Positions 16,153 through 25,012 of a DNA stretch of 32,000 nucleotides are shown here, piece after piece. Location: NCBI GenBank assembly GCA_048882505.1, contig JBHLRO010000023.1, positions 1-32,000 of the forward strand, read 5' to 3'. The translations under genes were made by a program, and so were the position numbers. The notes under the pieces are model-generated. The model did not search any database. It was not told the origin of the DNA and saw only the letters and a list, made by a program, of their open reading frames with translations. Source of the DNA: Candidatus Thorarchaeota archaeon. GTDB taxonomy: Archaea > Asgardarchaeota > Heimdallarchaeia > Hodarchaeales > Hodarchaeaceae. Positions within the stretch are counted from its first letter, which is position 1. The number at the start of each line of letters is the position of its first letter.

Positions 16153-18036
16153 TTATGTTGAAAGGTTGGCCCATTCTAGATCGAGTTCTTGGAGTTTCTC
16201 GATGGTAGGAATCCCATTATTATTCCATCCACGATATTCATAGTACGCATCCAGTAGCGGTTCGAGGTTAACCACCTGACCTCGAGCCGGGCCATCAGAT
16301 AGGGGTTCTTCAAGCAGGCGCGGAGGGAGTGTATCTTCAGTTCGAGTCAGGCCTTCCCTGTTGTTCCATAATCGTTCCAAATTGTAAATCCTTTCACCCG
16401 TTCTTCTGAAATCCTCTTCTGAAAACTCTTCCCCAAGAAGAGCGGCAATTAAAACGGCCCAATCATGCCCCGTGAGCACCATTCCCATGAATTTGCAACC
16501 AGATAACGCATCAAATACTTGAAAAGCGTCCTCGAATTGTTTTAGTACCAAAGCATCGTTAGTATTCTCTGTTAGGTCATCTCCTAGTTCGGCTTCCTCG
16601 ACAATAAGAAATGGCAAGGAAAGGAAAGCTGGACCCTCAATAAAGGCGGTCATGTGATCGCCACCTCTATTAGCGACAGCATATGCCAATCCTGTAACTT
16701 TTGAAGCTCTAGGATCATAGGCAGGGAGTTCAAGACCCTTAACATTCATGGCAAACTTTTCCGCTCCGTTACCTAATTCCAAGGCGCATAATCGCGATCC
16801 TTCAGCAAGGAAATCTCCTATCCCTTCACGCTTAGCAATCTTGTGAAGCAGATCTAGAACCAACCCGCCGTCTCCAAATCTTATTTCGAGGTCACCGGTT
16901 TTTTCTTTGGATAAAATCCCTCTCTCAAAAGCTTCCATGGCAAATGCAATTGTCCCTCCTGCAGAGATAATGTCGAGACCATACTCGTTGCAAAGGAATT
17001 GAGCTTTCGTGATGACTTCAAGGTCATGAACCATACACATAGACCCCAGAGCGCCCAGAGCCTCATATTCTGGGCTTTCACCGCGTTCCTTTTTCCCCAT
17101 TCCCTCTAGTTGTATGTCTGAAATTCTTCCGCAAGCAATGGGGCATGCGTAACATGCCTTACGTTCCACCAGGATATTTTCATTAATGGCCTCTCCATTG
17201 ATTTCCTCGGAATGTTCATTGACCCCAAGTTGCCAATTTCGAGTTGGAAATCCGCCCCGTTGGTTCACTAAATCGAGAACTCCCGCGGTTCCATACACTT
17301 CCAAGGTCATTTTGAGTAAGGACTGGTTTACCCAGTCTACTCGCTTCTTGGCTTCTTTTCGATAATGTTCCTGTTCGGCCACGTCAATTTTTATTTTTCC
17401 TCTACAGGCTATCGCCTTTACTCGTTTAGCCCCCATGACCGTTCCTACTCCGCATCGACCTGCTGCGCGACCCCAGTTGGCATCTTTGACGTCATTCATA
17501 ATCGCTGCATACTTAACTAGATTTTCACCTGCGGGACCAATGCAGGCCACGTTGAAATCTTCACCCAATTCCTTGTGAATGGTTTTTGTTGTCTCGGATG
17601 TTATTTTTCCCCAAAGATGCGAAGCATCTCTCAATTCGGCATTTCCTTCATCCAAAACAAGCATGACCGGTTTTGCTGATATACCCTCAAAGATTATCCC
17701 ATCGAATCCTGCACGTTTCAGATCTCGTCCCCAGAAACCGCCGCTATTTGCCTGTCCCCATAAACCGGTTAACGGGGATTTCGTTACCACTGAAAACCTA
17801 CCTGTACTTGGACTCGGTGTTCCAGTAAGCGGGCCCGTCATGAAGATTAATTTGTTATCAGGGCCAAGAGGATCGGTATTTGGAGCTACCTCGTCATATA
17901 GGTATTTGGTCGCTAGTCCTGCGCCCCCTAAGAAGTTACGTAACGTTTGTTTGTTGGGAAATTCTTCAGTGATAGTTCCTAATGTCAAATTCACTCGCAG
18001 GATTTTACCCATGTATCCGTACATCATATTTTTCAC
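16153..18036 (-). CDS. aor: Tungsten-dependent aldehyde:ferredoxin oxidoreductase family enzyme
   Basis: GYMGKILRVNLT, KSPLTG...ANSGG, GRAAGRCGVGTVMG, CYACPIAC, NEYGLD, SGCKF and YYEYRGW motifs. Confidence 0.95.
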   Translation of the reverse strand: MKNMMYGYMGKILRVNLTLGTITEEFPNKQTLRNFLGGAGLATKYLYDEVAPNTDPLGPDNKLIFMTGPLTGTPSPSTGRFSVVTKSPLTGLWGQANSGGFWGRDLKRAGFDGIIFEGISAKPVMLVLDEGNAELRDASHLWGKITSETTKTIHKELGEDFNVACIGPAGENLVKYAAIMNDVKDANWGRAAGRCGVGTVMGAKRVKAIACRGKIKIDVAEQEHYRKEAKKRVDWVNQSLLKMTLEVYGTAGVLDLVNQRGGFPTRNWQLGVNEHSEEINGEAINENILVERKACYACPIACGRISDIQLEGMGKKERGESPEYEALGALGSMCMVHDLEVITKAQFLCNEYGLDIISAGGTIAFAMEAFERGILSKEKTGDLEIRFGDGGLVLDLLHKIAKREGIGDFLAEGSRLCALELGNGAEKFAMNVKGLELPAYDPRASKVTGLAYAVANRGGDHMTAFIEGPAFLSLPFLIVEEAELGDDLTENTNDALVLKQFEDAFQVFDALSGCKFMGMVLTGHDWAVLIAALLGEEFSEEDFRRTGERIYNLERLWNNREGLTRTEDTLPPRLLEEPLSDGPARGQVVNLEPLLDAYYEYRGWNNNGIPTIEKLQELDLEWANLST

Positions 18037-18171
18037 CGATCTTGAAATATAAATAAATCAGGGTGTTGTAAGCCAAGTGATCAATGCATTAATCTTAATT
18101 GCGGTTGATGATAAGGAAAGGCCTTATTTAAAACAATTACGAGGCGCTTTTCAATCCTTGATGAGTAACTT

Positions 18172-18615
18172 ATGCTTTTGAATCTAATGGAATTGATCCA
18201 AATGGTTATGTTTCCAAGTGAAGAGTGGGTAAAACTGTGGGTAAAGACCCTCAACGAGTATGAAGCCTATCAACGAGCGGCCGAAACGTGGGAAGGTGAT
18301 TTTTTATTTATCCTTGAAGCAGATGCAGGATTGGAGGAAACCATTGTGCTATATTGCGATCTATGGCACGGCAAATGCCGACGAGCCTGGATGGTAACGC
18401 CAGAAAATCCCGCTCCGGATAATGTGGAGTTCGAATATAGGGGACCTTACGGAAATTGGGTGAAATTGCTACAAGGTGAGATTGGACCAATCAAAGGTCT
18501 ATTGCAACAGAAGTTCAAGCTTAAAGGCAATATGGCAAAGGTTATGAAAGCCACAAAGGCAGCATTGGAATTAGTTAAATCTACCACCTTGGTTGAAAAT
18601 ACAGAGTTTTTTTAG
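18172..18615 (+). CDS. SCP2 sterol/lipid-carrier domain protein
   Basis: FPSEEWV...YQRAAETWEGDF and W..LLQGEIGPIKGLLQQKFKLKGNMAKVM pattern. The true start may be a downstream Met. Confidence 0.85.
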   Translation: MLLNLMELIQMVMFPSEEWVKLWVKTLNEYEAYQRAAETWEGDFLFILEADAGLEETIVLYCDLWHGKCRRAWMVTPENPAPDNVEFEYRGPYGNWVKLLQGEIGPIKGLLQQKFKLKGNMAKVMKATKAALELVKSTTLVENTEFF

Positions 18616-18633
18616 GATAGAAGAGAGACGAAT

Positions 18634-19815
18634 ATGTGGAGTTTTACGAGTCCTAGACACATCATTCTGGGAGAGGACGCTCTTGAATATTTATCACTTA
18701 GGCGTTTCGAACATGCTTTCGTGGTTACTGATCCCATCATGAGAGAATTGCATCTTGATACCCTTACTAATCGACTAAATGGAACCAAGATAACTGTGTT
18801 TGATAAACTACCTAAGGGCGAGACGACTATTCATACAGTTCGGAATGGAGCCAAAAAACTTGCAGAAGCGGAACCTGATGTCATTATTGCACTAGGAGGC
18901 GGATCGGTGATGGATGCAGCCAAAGGAATGTGGGTCATGTGGGCAGACCCTGGCACAGATATCGGAGCATTAAATCCTCTTGAACCTATTCATTTACGAA
19001 AAAAAACTAAGGCAGAACTGATAAACATACCCACAACCTCTGGAACAGGTTCCGATGTGACCTGGGCCGTTGTGTTACAAGATACCGACGAAAAATTGAA
19101 AATATCCCTTGCTAATCGTGAGCTGGTGGCGGATATTTCTATTCTCGATCCAGGTCTCGCCGCGACAATGCCCCCGCATATGATAGCGGGAACGGGATTT
19201 GACGCGCTGTGTCACAGCATCGACGGATATTTGTCAACTTGGCAGAACGACTTCAGTGACGCTCTCCTACGTCACGCCTTCAAGTTAGTATGGGAAAACT
19301 TGACTGAGGTTTATGAGCGAGCAGCACGAGGGGATCCAATCGATCCAAAAGCGAGGGAAAAGTTACACCATGCGGCGACTATGGCTGGTTGGGGTATGAG
19401 TAATTCACAGATCATTTTAACTCACTCATTGGCTCATGCTTTGGGGGGGGTTTTTAGACTCCCTCATGCGTTATTGGTAGGGGCCTCTGGTTGGTATTCA
19501 CTGATGTTCAATCGAGAAGTGGCTGCGAGACGAATTGTTGAATTAGCAGAAATTGTTAAAACACATGCTTCCAATCAAGAAGAGACTGTTATAGATTTTA
19601 TAGGCGATTTCAAGGCAAAATTGATCCAATGTCACCTTCCGATCTCTTTAAAAGAGATGTCAATTTCACGTGAATCTTTTGAGCAGAATTTGGAAATACT
19701 GGTCATGAATGCACTTAATGACACTGGATCTTTATCTAATCCCCGTGAAATTCAGTATCAAGATGTGGAAAGGATTTTCCACTGTATGTGGGATGGAAAT
19801 CCCGTTGAATTCTAG
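18634..19815 (+). CDS. Iron-containing alcohol dehydrogenase
   Basis: LGGGSVMDAAK, IPTTSGTGSDVT, DALCHS and HSLAH...PH metal ligands. Confidence 0.92.
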   Translation: MWSFTSPRHIILGEDALEYLSLRRFEHAFVVTDPIMRELHLDTLTNRLNGTKITVFDKLPKGETTIHTVRNGAKKLAEAEPDVIIALGGGSVMDAAKGMWVMWADPGTDIGALNPLEPIHLRKKTKAELINIPTTSGTGSDVTWAVVLQDTDEKLKISLANRELVADISILDPGLAATMPPHMIAGTGFDALCHSIDGYLSTWQNDFSDALLRHAFKLVWENLTEVYERAARGDPIDPKAREKLHHAATMAGWGMSNSQIILTHSLAHALGGVFRLPHALLVGASGWYSLMFNREVAARRIVELAEIVKTHASNQEETVIDFIGDFKAKLIQCHLPISLKEMSISRESFEQNLEILVMNALNDTGSLSNPREIQYQDVERIFHCMWDGNPVEF

Positions 19816-19938
19816 ATTGAACACGATCGATTCTTATCCTTTACTTCAAATGGGCAGCGCTTGTCGGCACCTTTACGATCATGAGATTAACCCAATGATA
19901 ATTTAATCACTTGCTTCGATAGTAAATAAATTCCTAAT

Positions 19939-21132
19939 TCAATAAGCTGTCTCGAGAATTCTGAATAGCGCTTTTTGGTCTAGCTCAATTGGATTATACC
20001 TCATACTTGAGGTTCTTTTAGCTTTTTCAACGAGACTGGGGAAATCAGAGGTGTCAATTCCTAATTGAGACAACGTTGGGATATTCAGGTCGCGTCCCAT
20101 GTCTTTAATAAAACTGACAAGGCCCATTAAGAGATCCGCTTCAGATGCAGAAAATTCAGGGAGGAGGGCCTTGGCCAGGAGTAGATACTTGGTTAATAGG
20201 GTATTACTATTTGGAATGCTGCTGCGTGTTATTTCCTGTAAATTTGTTTCGATCACTGGCCCGAGAAGAGAAGCACAAATCATGCCGTGAGGGATATCGA
20301 ATCCTCCCATCGGGGAGGCGAATCCATGAACCGCGCCAAGCCCCGCATTGGCTAGGCATATGCCACTGAGGAGTGAAGCATATAACATATCAGAACGTGC
20401 TTGAAGATCTTTGCCATCCGTATAGGATCTTACCAATGATTTGCGAACCTTCTCTATCCCAGCTAACGCGAGCGTATCTGTCAAGGGATGGGCATGTTTC
20501 GAGGTAAAGGCTTCCACCAATTGCGTAAACGCATCCATTCCGCAAGATGCCGTTACTGAAGGCGGAACAGACGTCAAGATGATTGGATCGAGAACCGCCA
20601 ATTTTGGTATAAGTAAAGGGCTGCGTATACTTGCCTTAAGTTCTTCATCTCTAGCGTGGATTACTGCGTTCTTTGTAACCTCACTCCCAGTTCCAGCAGT
20701 TGTCGGGATAGCTATAAACGGTAATGGTGATTTTTCTACTTTGGAACCTTTTCCAATGACTTCCATATAATCGCGAGCAGATCCCCCATTGGTGGATATC
20801 CCTGCGACAGCTTTTCCTGTGTCTATGGCACTACCTCCTCCCATCGCGATGACGCCGTCTGTACCGAGTTCCCTTACTTTAGTGACACAATCATCGATGA
20901 ATTGAACAGTGGGTTCCCCTTTCACGATTTGAGTTTCCAAAACCATTCCCTTGTCAATCACATCGTCAAAAAACGAACAATTCTCCCTTGCCGCCTGAAT
21001 GGCACTTGTGCTTCCAACCAGAAGGAATTTGGTTCCGTAATCAGGAAGGATATTACTCATGTCGTTTAAACGATGTACTCCAAAGATAATTTGAGGGAGA
21101 GACAGGAGTTCAAACTGCATAAAAAATCCCAA
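19939..21132 (-). CDS. Iron-containing alcohol dehydrogenase
   Basis: MGGGSAIDTGK, IPTTAGTGSEVT, DAFTQLVE, GAVHGFA...PHG. Confidence 0.92.
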   Translation of the reverse strand: MGFFMQFELLSLPQIIFGVHRLNDMSNILPDYGTKFLLVGSTSAIQAARENCSFFDDVIDKGMVLETQIVKGEPTVQFIDDCVTKVRELGTDGVIAMGGGSAIDTGKAVAGISTNGGSARDYMEVIGKGSKVEKSPLPFIAIPTTAGTGSEVTKNAVIHARDEELKASIRSPLLIPKLAVLDPIILTSVPPSVTASCGMDAFTQLVEAFTSKHAHPLTDTLALAGIEKVRKSLVRSYTDGKDLQARSDMLYASLLSGICLANAGLGAVHGFASPMGGFDIPHGMICASLLGPVIETNLQEITRSSIPNSNTLLTKYLLLAKALLPEFSASEADLLMGLVSFIKDMGRDLNIPTLSQLGIDTSDFPSLVEKAKRTSSMRYNPIELDQKALFRILETAY

Positions 21133-21137
21133 TGATA

Positions 21138-21458
21138 TTATCTGGCTTGAAATGCGTCGTTTTTCTTTGGAAATATCGGGGAATGAATGACTCCTTCACG
21201 ACTTCTTGCCATCATCGTCTCTACCTTCTCTCGCCACTTCAAATAGTGGGTGGTAGTTTTATGTTCTGCACTTGCGTCTTCGTCAGTGAAGACCTCATAT
21301 AGGAAAAAACGGTTTGGATCAGTGTCACACTCTAAGAAATCAAACCTAAGATTGTTCGGTTCCTCCGTACGTGTACTCTGGGCATTTTCTATTGTGGCAG
21401 TAATGAACTTGTCCCTATACTCTGGTTTGATGTAAATAGTAACACAAGCAATAAACAT
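21138..21458 (-). CDS. LsrG-like/ABM-family (putative quinol monooxygenase fold) protein
   Basis: EEPNNLRFDFL...RFFLYEVF.DEDA...HKTTTHY pattern. The likely start is ATG 21458, preceded by an AGGTGA SD-like site. It ends 5 nt before the ADH start. Confidence 0.85.
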   Translation of the reverse strand: MFIACVTIYIKPEYRDKFITATIENAQSTRTEEPNNLRFDFLECDTDPNRFFLYEVFTDEDASAEHKTTTHYLKWREKVETMMARSREGVIHSPIFPKKNDAFQAR

Positions 21459-21584
21459 GAAATCACCTGGGATTTGATTGCTTCGTAAAGGCAAAATTGC
21501 AGATGTTCGGAGGGGTTTTAAAATTTTAACCCATATAACAACTAGCCGACTGTTTAATCTATAGAAAGTTCAGGTGAAACCCAT

Positions 21585-21968
21585 ATGGTAAATGAGGACC
21601 TACTTCGCCAACTCTTCGTCAAGAAATCCCTTAAAAACAATCCAGATGGCTTTGAATGTCAGATGAAGAATTCCTTGAGCGATGCTACAATAGTGGCACC
21701 CCTCAAAATCGTTTTGAGTAGTGAGACAATCGGTAAGGAGACGTACAAAGACTTTACGATTGAATTGGGAGAATCAACGATTCATAATCAAGAGATTTCT
21801 GAACAGAGGCCCGCTCCCTTTGTCGTTGGTAGTTTGGCGACCCTAAAATTCAAGCGTACAACCTCTTTGCCATCAGATAAGTATAAAATCAGATTTGTGA
21901 GACTTTTGACTGAAGAATACGGTGATATCCCCTTCACAATGAAGGAAAGAATCCGAGACAAGATCTAG
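21585..21968 (+). CDS. Hypothetical beta-rich protein
   Basis: 127 aa with ATG start, preceded by an AGGTGA SD-like site. The pattern 'LFVKKSLKN..DGF...MKN.L..ATI' resembles a small archaeal domain family recalled from memory; function unknown. Confidence 0.7.
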   Translation: MVNEDLLRQLFVKKSLKNNPDGFECQMKNSLSDATIVAPLKIVLSSETIGKETYKDFTIELGESTIHNQEISEQRPAPFVVGSLATLKFKRTTSLPSDKYKIRFVRLLTEEYGDIPFTMKERIRDKI

Positions 21969-22008
21969 GGATTATCCATTCATTATTCAATGAGATAGGC
22001 GAGAATAG

Positions 22009-23376
22009 ATGCCCGATCAAGACCGACTCTTCTCAGACCAGGAAATCCTTTCCTGGATTAGTGATATATCAGAAAAGGAAATCAATAACGCTGCGAAACA
22101 CAGTCTGGTCCCCTTTTATCCACAATTGCTAGTTTCTGGAACGGGGCCTTATCTAGAGGATAGAAGTGGAAAAGAATACCTTGACTGTACTTCCCAAGCT
22201 TGGACATGTAATATAGGATTTTCAAATCCTGATGTGGCGTTTGCAGTTAGTACGCAGTTAAAGAGGTTGATTCACGTCCGTTATGGTTTCCCGACGATCC
22301 CTAGACTTAAATTTATGGAGAAGTTCATTGAAATCACTCCTGAAAATCTCAATAAGATTGCGGTGAATGCTATGGGCGGGGGCGCATCCATCGAAGCCGC
22401 CTTGCGACTAGCCATGATTAATAAGCCAGGAACAGACCATTTTTACACCTATACTAGAGGTTATCATGGTGCATCGCTGGCCACCATGACTCTATCTACC
22501 CGTTTCTCAGGGGTAACAAGATTTAGACCATGGGGATTTGATCGGGTTTCCAAGCTACCATATCCCTATTGTTATCGATGTCCTATGGGGCAGGAGGAGG
22601 AAAAGAAATGCCATTTAGAATGTCTCGAAATGGCTAAGCATCTCATAGAGTATGGATCCAAAGATAGGGTATGCGGAATCCTTATGGAGCCTATGCAGGC
22701 CCCTGGAGGGCATATACCAACCCCAAAAAGGTATATGCAGGAACTCCGGAAATGGACAGAAAAACATGATATTCTTCTGATATGGGATGAAAGCCAGTTA
22801 TTCACACGTATTGGCCATTGGTTCTCATCGGAATGGTATCAAGTTGTTCCTGACATTACCTGTATAACAAAAGCAATCGGTGGTGGCCTTCCTATGGGAG
22901 TGACAATAGCCCGAGACGATTTGAAAGGATTTAATGCGGCCGAGGAACATAGTACCTTTGGAGGAAACCCTCTAATGTTTGCTTCCAGTTTGGTATTTCT
23001 CCATTACGTAGAAAAAGCTAATCTTCTTGAGAACGCTCGAAAACAAGGCGAATACATAACCTCGCGTCTTAAGGAATTACAGGAGAAATATGACGTGATC
23101 GGTGATGTTCGTTGTCCTGGATTATTTATTGGAGTTGAATTAGTTAATGATCCTCAAACTAGGGAACCTGGGAATGGGCTGGCAACCGATCTAATAGAGG
23201 AAGCCATGACCCAAGGAGTGATATTTGGACATATGGCTCCAATCAGTACTGATACTGGCAAATTATTCCGTAATGTTGTGAAAATCAAGCCCCCCTTAAT
23301 TATCAACCGAGAGGAATCCGACCGGATTTTGGAAGTTTTTGAGAGTTCCTTAGAGGAAGCGATTGACTATATGTAG
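22009..23376 (+). CDS. Class III PLP-dependent aminotransferase-family enzyme
   Basis: YLDCTSQ, GYHGAS, EPMQAPGG, WDESQ, PLP lysine in TKAIGGGLPMG, STFGGNP. Confidence 0.93.
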   Translation: MPDQDRLFSDQEILSWISDISEKEINNAAKHSLVPFYPQLLVSGTGPYLEDRSGKEYLDCTSQAWTCNIGFSNPDVAFAVSTQLKRLIHVRYGFPTIPRLKFMEKFIEITPENLNKIAVNAMGGGASIEAALRLAMINKPGTDHFYTYTRGYHGASLATMTLSTRFSGVTRFRPWGFDRVSKLPYPYCYRCPMGQEEEKKCHLECLEMAKHLIEYGSKDRVCGILMEPMQAPGGHIPTPKRYMQELRKWTEKHDILLIWDESQLFTRIGHWFSSEWYQVVPDITCITKAIGGGLPMGVTIARDDLKGFNAAEEHSTFGGNPLMFASSLVFLHYVEKANLLENARKQGEYITSRLKELQEKYDVIGDVRCPGLFIGVELVNDPQTREPGNGLATDLIEEAMTQGVIFGHMAPISTDTGKLFRNVVKIKPPLIINREESDRILEVFESSLEEAIDYM

Positions 23377-23393
23377 GTTCGGTGAGCAATTGT

Positions 23394-25001
23394 ATGAACG
23401 AAAATGGTGTTTTTCTAGCTTATGATTTAGGAACGACCGCAACGAAGTCCGTACTGGTTTCTAATGAGGGAAGATTTCTCCAATCGGAGGTCGAACAATA
23501 TGAAACCTATTATCCGATGAAAGGATACGCAGAACATAATCCCGAGGACTGGATGCGGACTATAACTGCTACAACGAGACGTTTATTAGAAGATTCGGGA
23601 ATAGGGCCCGAAAAAATTAAGGCGGTGACATTCTCAGCACAAATGCAAGGATTGCTCCCTATCAATCAAGATGGAATGCCGCTAACGAATTGTATGATCT
23701 GGCTAGATGCTAGGGGTGCTGAATTTATTAAAAAAATATGGCCCTGGCCAAGGATTATGGGCTATAATCCATATCGGTTATTTAGAAAATTCCTGAAGAT
23801 AACTGGAGGGGCTCCTGGATTGTCAGGTAAGGATCAGATTCCAAAAATCATTTGGTTAAAAGAAAAGCACCCCGATATATATGAACAGACCTACAAGTTT
23901 CTTGATGTAAAGGACTATGTGATATACAGGCTAACTGGAGAAATTGCAATAAGTACTGACTGCGCATATGTTTGGTGGTTGATGGATACGCGTAAGGACA
24001 GATCAGGCAAGCCCAGAAATGAATGGTCCGAAACGTTGTGCAAGATGTATGGGATCGATACAGCAAAGCTGCCTGATATTCGAAGGCCCTCTGATCGGAT
24101 TAGTGATAAAATACTCTCAAACGTTGCAGCTGATCTGGGATTATTGGAAAAAACACCTGTAATATGTGGAGCGGGCGATATGACGACAGCTGCCGTGAGC
24201 TCCGGGGCAGTTATGGATGGTGAGCTACATTGTCAAATCGGGACTAGCGGTTGGGTCGCTGGACACGTTTCTAAACGTAAAGTGGATATCTCCCACTACA
24301 CAGGGTGTGCAGGAAGCGCTTTTCCTGATGATTATTATCTTGTGACCGGCCATCAGGAGATTGCGGGAGCCGCCCTTGAGTGGGTAAAGAACAAGATTCT
24401 ATATTCAACCGATGAGCTTCGTCGAAGGGAATCTAAGGCAATCTACGAAATTTTTGATGAATTGGTTCAGGATTGCGAACCTGGGGCAAAAGGAGGCGGA
24501 GGAACGTATCTCATGTTCGTTCCCTGGCTTGCGGGGGAACGTAGTCCTCTGGATGATGAAAACGTTCGAGGCGGGCTTATTAATCTTTCTTTAGATCATG
24601 ATCGAAGGCATATATTACGTGCCGTGTTTGAGGGGGTCGCCATGAACACCCGATGGGCATTAGAAACTGTCGAAAGCCTCTATAATCCTGTAACTTCGCT
24701 ATCCATAATTGGAGGTGGAGCTAAGTCAACAGTCTGGTGTCAGATATTCGCTGATGTCCTGAATCGAACGATCCATCGTGTCGAGGAACCTCAAGAAGCT
24801 GGTGCCATCGGTGCGGCTTTACTAGCAAAGATGGCCTTGGGAGATATTAAAGAAATCGCTGAAATCAAACAGTACTGCCATTACAAGGACAGTTTTACAT
24901 CTAATCCGAAACATAGGGAGTTATATGATAGACTCTTTGCCGAGTTCAAAAACCTGTATAAAAAAACCCGATCGTGGTTTGCTGGGATGAATGGGCATTA
25001 A
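23394..25001 (+). CDS. FGGY-family carbohydrate kinase (xylulokinase-like)
   Basis: YDLGTTATK, FSAQMQG, IWLDARG, GAGD, IGTSGW, PWLAGERSP, GGGAKS. The start is either GTG 23382 or ATG 23394. Confidence 0.93.
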   Translation: MNENGVFLAYDLGTTATKSVLVSNEGRFLQSEVEQYETYYPMKGYAEHNPEDWMRTITATTRRLLEDSGIGPEKIKAVTFSAQMQGLLPINQDGMPLTNCMIWLDARGAEFIKKIWPWPRIMGYNPYRLFRKFLKITGGAPGLSGKDQIPKIIWLKEKHPDIYEQTYKFLDVKDYVIYRLTGEIAISTDCAYVWWLMDTRKDRSGKPRNEWSETLCKMYGIDTAKLPDIRRPSDRISDKILSNVAADLGLLEKTPVICGAGDMTTAAVSSGAVMDGELHCQIGTSGWVAGHVSKRKVDISHYTGCAGSAFPDDYYLVTGHQEIAGAALEWVKNKILYSTDELRRRESKAIYEIFDELVQDCEPGAKGGGGTYLMFVPWLAGERSPLDDENVRGGLINLSLDHDRRHILRAVFEGVAMNTRWALETVESLYNPVTSLSIIGGGAKSTVWCQIFADVLNRTIHRVEEPQEAGAIGAALLAKMALGDIKEIAEIKQYCHYKDSFTSNPKHRELYDRLFAEFKNLYKKTRSWFAGMNGH

Positions 25002-25012
25002 ATTCAAAGTTG

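Noticed and set aside
18081-18108. Imperfect inverted repeat (TCAATGCATTAA/TTAATTGCGGTTGA) between aor and SCP2
   Set aside because: It needs gaps and mismatches in AT-rich sequence, which is too weak to call an operator.
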